Source: Deltaproteobacteria bacterium
GTDB taxonomy: Bacteria > Desulfobacterota > Syntrophobacteria > B119-G9
Length of the DNA: 24,159 nt
NCBI GenBank assembly: GCA_003646715.1
Contig: QMLL01000001.1
Location: 1-24,159 of the forward strand
Direction of reading: 5' to 3'
How positions within the stretch are numbered: the stretch's first letter is position 1; each line of letters opens with the position of its first letter. The notes beneath the pieces are model-generated. The model saw only the letters and a list, made by a program, of their open reading frames with translations. It was not told the DNA's origin and searched no databases. The position numbers and the translations under genes are program-made. Shown here one piece after another: positions 21,593 to 24,159 of this stretch.

Positions 21593-24159
21593 ATGACCCA
21601 GAGTAAGATTGGATCAGTAATGGTTGTAGGTGGTGGAATTGCAGGGATGCAAGCCTCTTTGGATCTCGCCGATTCAGGATTTTACGTCTACTTGGTGGAA
21701 AGATCCCCATCTATAGGGGGACTCATGTCTCAGCTGGACAAGACCTTCCCCACCAATGACTGTGCCATGTGAATTATCTCTCCCAAACTGGTCGAGGTCG
21801 GCCGGCATCTCAACATTGAGCTTCTCACCCTGTCGGAAGTCAAGGACGTGTCAGGAGAGGAAGGGAATTTTGAAGTCACCCTTGTCCAGCATCCGCGTTA
21901 TGTGGATGTAGACAAGTGTATTGCTTGCGGGACATGTGCTGAGAAGTGCCCGCGTAAAGTTGATAATGAATATGATGCAGGGCTTAGTAAGAGGAAGGCA
22001 ATATATGTTAAGTATCCGCAAGCTGTCCCACTCAAATATGCCATCGATGCTGATCACTGCATCTACTTTCAAAAGAAAAAGTGTAAGGCATGTGAGAAAT
22101 TCTGCCCTACAGGAGCCATATTGTTTGACGACAAGCCGAAGGAGTTAAACATAAAGGTCGGGTCGATAATTATGGCTGCCGGAGTAGACGTTTTTAACCC
22201 GGTGATCCGCGATATTTACGGCTATCGCAACTCACCCAATGTTGTTACCAGTCTTGAATTTGAAAGGATACTTTCTGCTACAGGGCCTTACGGAGGGCAC
22301 CTTGTAAGACCATCTGACAAGAAAGAACCACAGAAGATAGCATGGATCCAATGTGTGGGATCCAGAGATGTTCACGAGGGGGCCAAATCGTATTGCTCGG
22401 CAGTCTGCTGTACTTATGCCATAAAAGAGGCCATTGTGGCCAAGGAGCATAGCAAGAACGGTCTTGATGCGGCTATTTATTACATTGACCTCCGGACCCA
22501 TGGAAAGGATTTCGAAAGATACTATTACAGGGCGAGAGATGAAGCAGGAGTCCGTTTTATAAAATCGAGGATCTCGAACATAACACCTGTAAGGGATACA
22601 GGGAATCTCATCATCAGGCATGTTGATGAATCTGGACGAAGAGTTGAAGAAGAATTTGATATGGTCGTTTTGTCTGTAGGGCTCTGCGTCAGTGATAAAA
22701 CCCTTGCGTTGGCAGAGAAACTTGGCGTGCAACTCGATCCGCACCATTTTGTAGCCACCAACAGTTTCGAACCTGTTAAAACCTCCAGACCAGGAATCTT
22801 CACGTGCGGTGCCCTTGAAAGTCCCAAAGATATTCCTCAGTCGGTGATTGAGTCCAGCGCCTGTGCAGCTGTAGTAGAAAGCACCCTGGCTGAGGTCCGT
22901 GGGACAATGACGAGAACAAAGGAAATTCCTCAAGAGATCGATGTGAGCGGGCAACCTCCTCGAATAGGCGTATTTGTGTGTCACTGCGGGACAAACATTG
23001 CGGGTATAGTAAATATTGACGAGGTAGTTGAATACGCCAAAAGCTTACCAGGGGTTGTCTTTGTAGAGAGCAATCTCTTTTCTTGTTCCCAGGACACTCA
23101 AGAGAAAATGACAAAAGTTATTGAAGAACAAAATCTCAACAGGGTAGTGGTGGCAGCATGCACACCAAGGACTCACGAACCATTGTTTCAGGAAACACTG
23201 GTAAATGCGGGAATCAACAAGTATCTATTCGAAATGGTGAATATTCGAAACCAATGTTCTTGGGTGCACAGCGATGATCCCGAAGCAGCTACGGAGAAAG
23301 CAAAGGATCTGTTAAGGATGGCTGTGGCAAAGGTTGGTCTGTTAGAACCGTTGGCGCAACCGGTAATAGAAATAACTCAATCTGCCTTGGTTATAGGTGG
23401 GGGTATCGCGGGAATGGCTGCCGCGAAAAATCTTGCAGAGCAAGGGTACCACGTGTACCTGATTGAAAAGAGCGATACTTTGGGGGGACAGGCTCGCAAG
23501 TTGCACGAGACATGGCAGGGAGAAAGTGTCCGTCAAAATCTTACAAACCTTATCGGTGAAATACAAGAATCGGGGAATATAGAGGTCTTTCTTAAAACCG
23601 AATTGACCCATGTTGAGGGATTTGTTGGGAATTTCAAGTCCACCATACGTTGCAATGATGAAGAGAAGGTGCTTGAGCACGGGGTAGCCATTATTGCTAC
23701 GGGAGCATCTGAACTCAAACCGGATGGCTATCTCTATGGAGAGGACCCGAGGGTTTTAACGGGCTTAGAATTGGACGAGAGACTCATTAAAAATGATGCC
23801 TCTCTAAGGGATGTAAAGTCAGCTGTTTTTGTCCAATGCGTGGGCTCAAGAATACCCGAGAGGCCATATTGTTCTAAGGTTTGTTGCACCCATTCGATCA
23901 AGAATGCTCTCGAATTGAAAAAAATCAATCCTGAGATTGAAGTCTTTATTGTATATAGGGACATAAGAACTTACGGTCTTCGAGAAGAGCTGTATCGAGA
24001 AGCAAGAGAGAAAGGAATCATCTTCGTTCGATATGATTTTGATAAAGGAATAGCGGTTAGGAGAGCTGGAGATGAGCTTCAAATAGCTTTCACCGGGTAT
24101 ATCCTTAAAAGAGAAATTACCATTCAAGCTGATATGGTTATCCTCGCAAGTGCTATCGT
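21593..24159 (+). CDS. hdrA: Large HdrA-family flavoprotein with duplicated FAD modules, predicted selenoprotein (Sec60, TGA 21770-21772); 3'-truncated by the window; absent from the ORF track
   Basis: ATG 21593, [27 protein letters not shown], two ferredoxin motifs, QCVGSRD...YCS-VCC, an internal [15 protein letters not shown] domain, a second GGGIAGM (from 23396) and a second QCVGSR...YCSKVCC. By hand translation the frame is open to the window end apart from the single TGA. Confidence 0.93.
21770..21805 (+). promoter_or_regulatory. Bacterial SECIS element (hdrA)
   Basis: After the TGA: stem CTGGTCG (21788-21794)/CGGCCGG (21799-21805) and loop AGGT with G at +24. Confidence 0.78.

Noticed and set aside
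21851-24127. Numerous minus-strand ORFs (up to 250 aa) over the last 2.3 kb
   Set aside because: They are antisense shadows of the continuous hdrA reading frame.

Overview
This is a gene-dense chromosomal window from an anaerobic, selenocysteine-using bacterium. The gene content (Hdr/MvhD, a NarI-like membrane protein, c-type heme) suggests Desulfobacterota/deltaproteobacteria, which is an inference. In order it holds: a partial OprB-type porin; a cold-shock protein; DUF3047; a Trp leader peptide (WWW) with a full attenuator ahead of trpB2, a small 4-Cys protein and a SphA/COG4313 outer-membrane channel; a GGDEF protein; a gingipain-like C25 peptidase; pabABC; an HDAC-fold/KptA-like pair, both with altered catalytic motifs; a split YeeE/YedE sulfur-transporter pair plus a membrane-tethered TPR protein ending in -EEDEGC; tRNA-Gly(GCC); a DHH phosphoesterase; rnhA; mvhD; and a heterodisulfide-reductase-like cluster (NarI-like/cytochrome c/2xHdrC fusion, hdrB, large hdrA running off the end). 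The ORF track splits or misses three genes with an in-frame TGA at a conserved Cys position (YeeE-like 15008, mvhD 18003-18005, hdrA 21770). All three TGAs are followed by a hairpin whose loop starts at +23 with G at +24, so I read them as selenoproteins. The best candidates for undescribed systems are (1) the Sec-YeeE pair with a terminal-Cys swinging-arm partner, (2) a Trp-attenuated putative indole-scavenging operon, (3) a membrane Hdr complex with a periplasmic heme c, and (4) the degenerate HDAC/KptA pair. No databases or folding programs were run. Family calls come from motif recognition and base pairings were read by hand.
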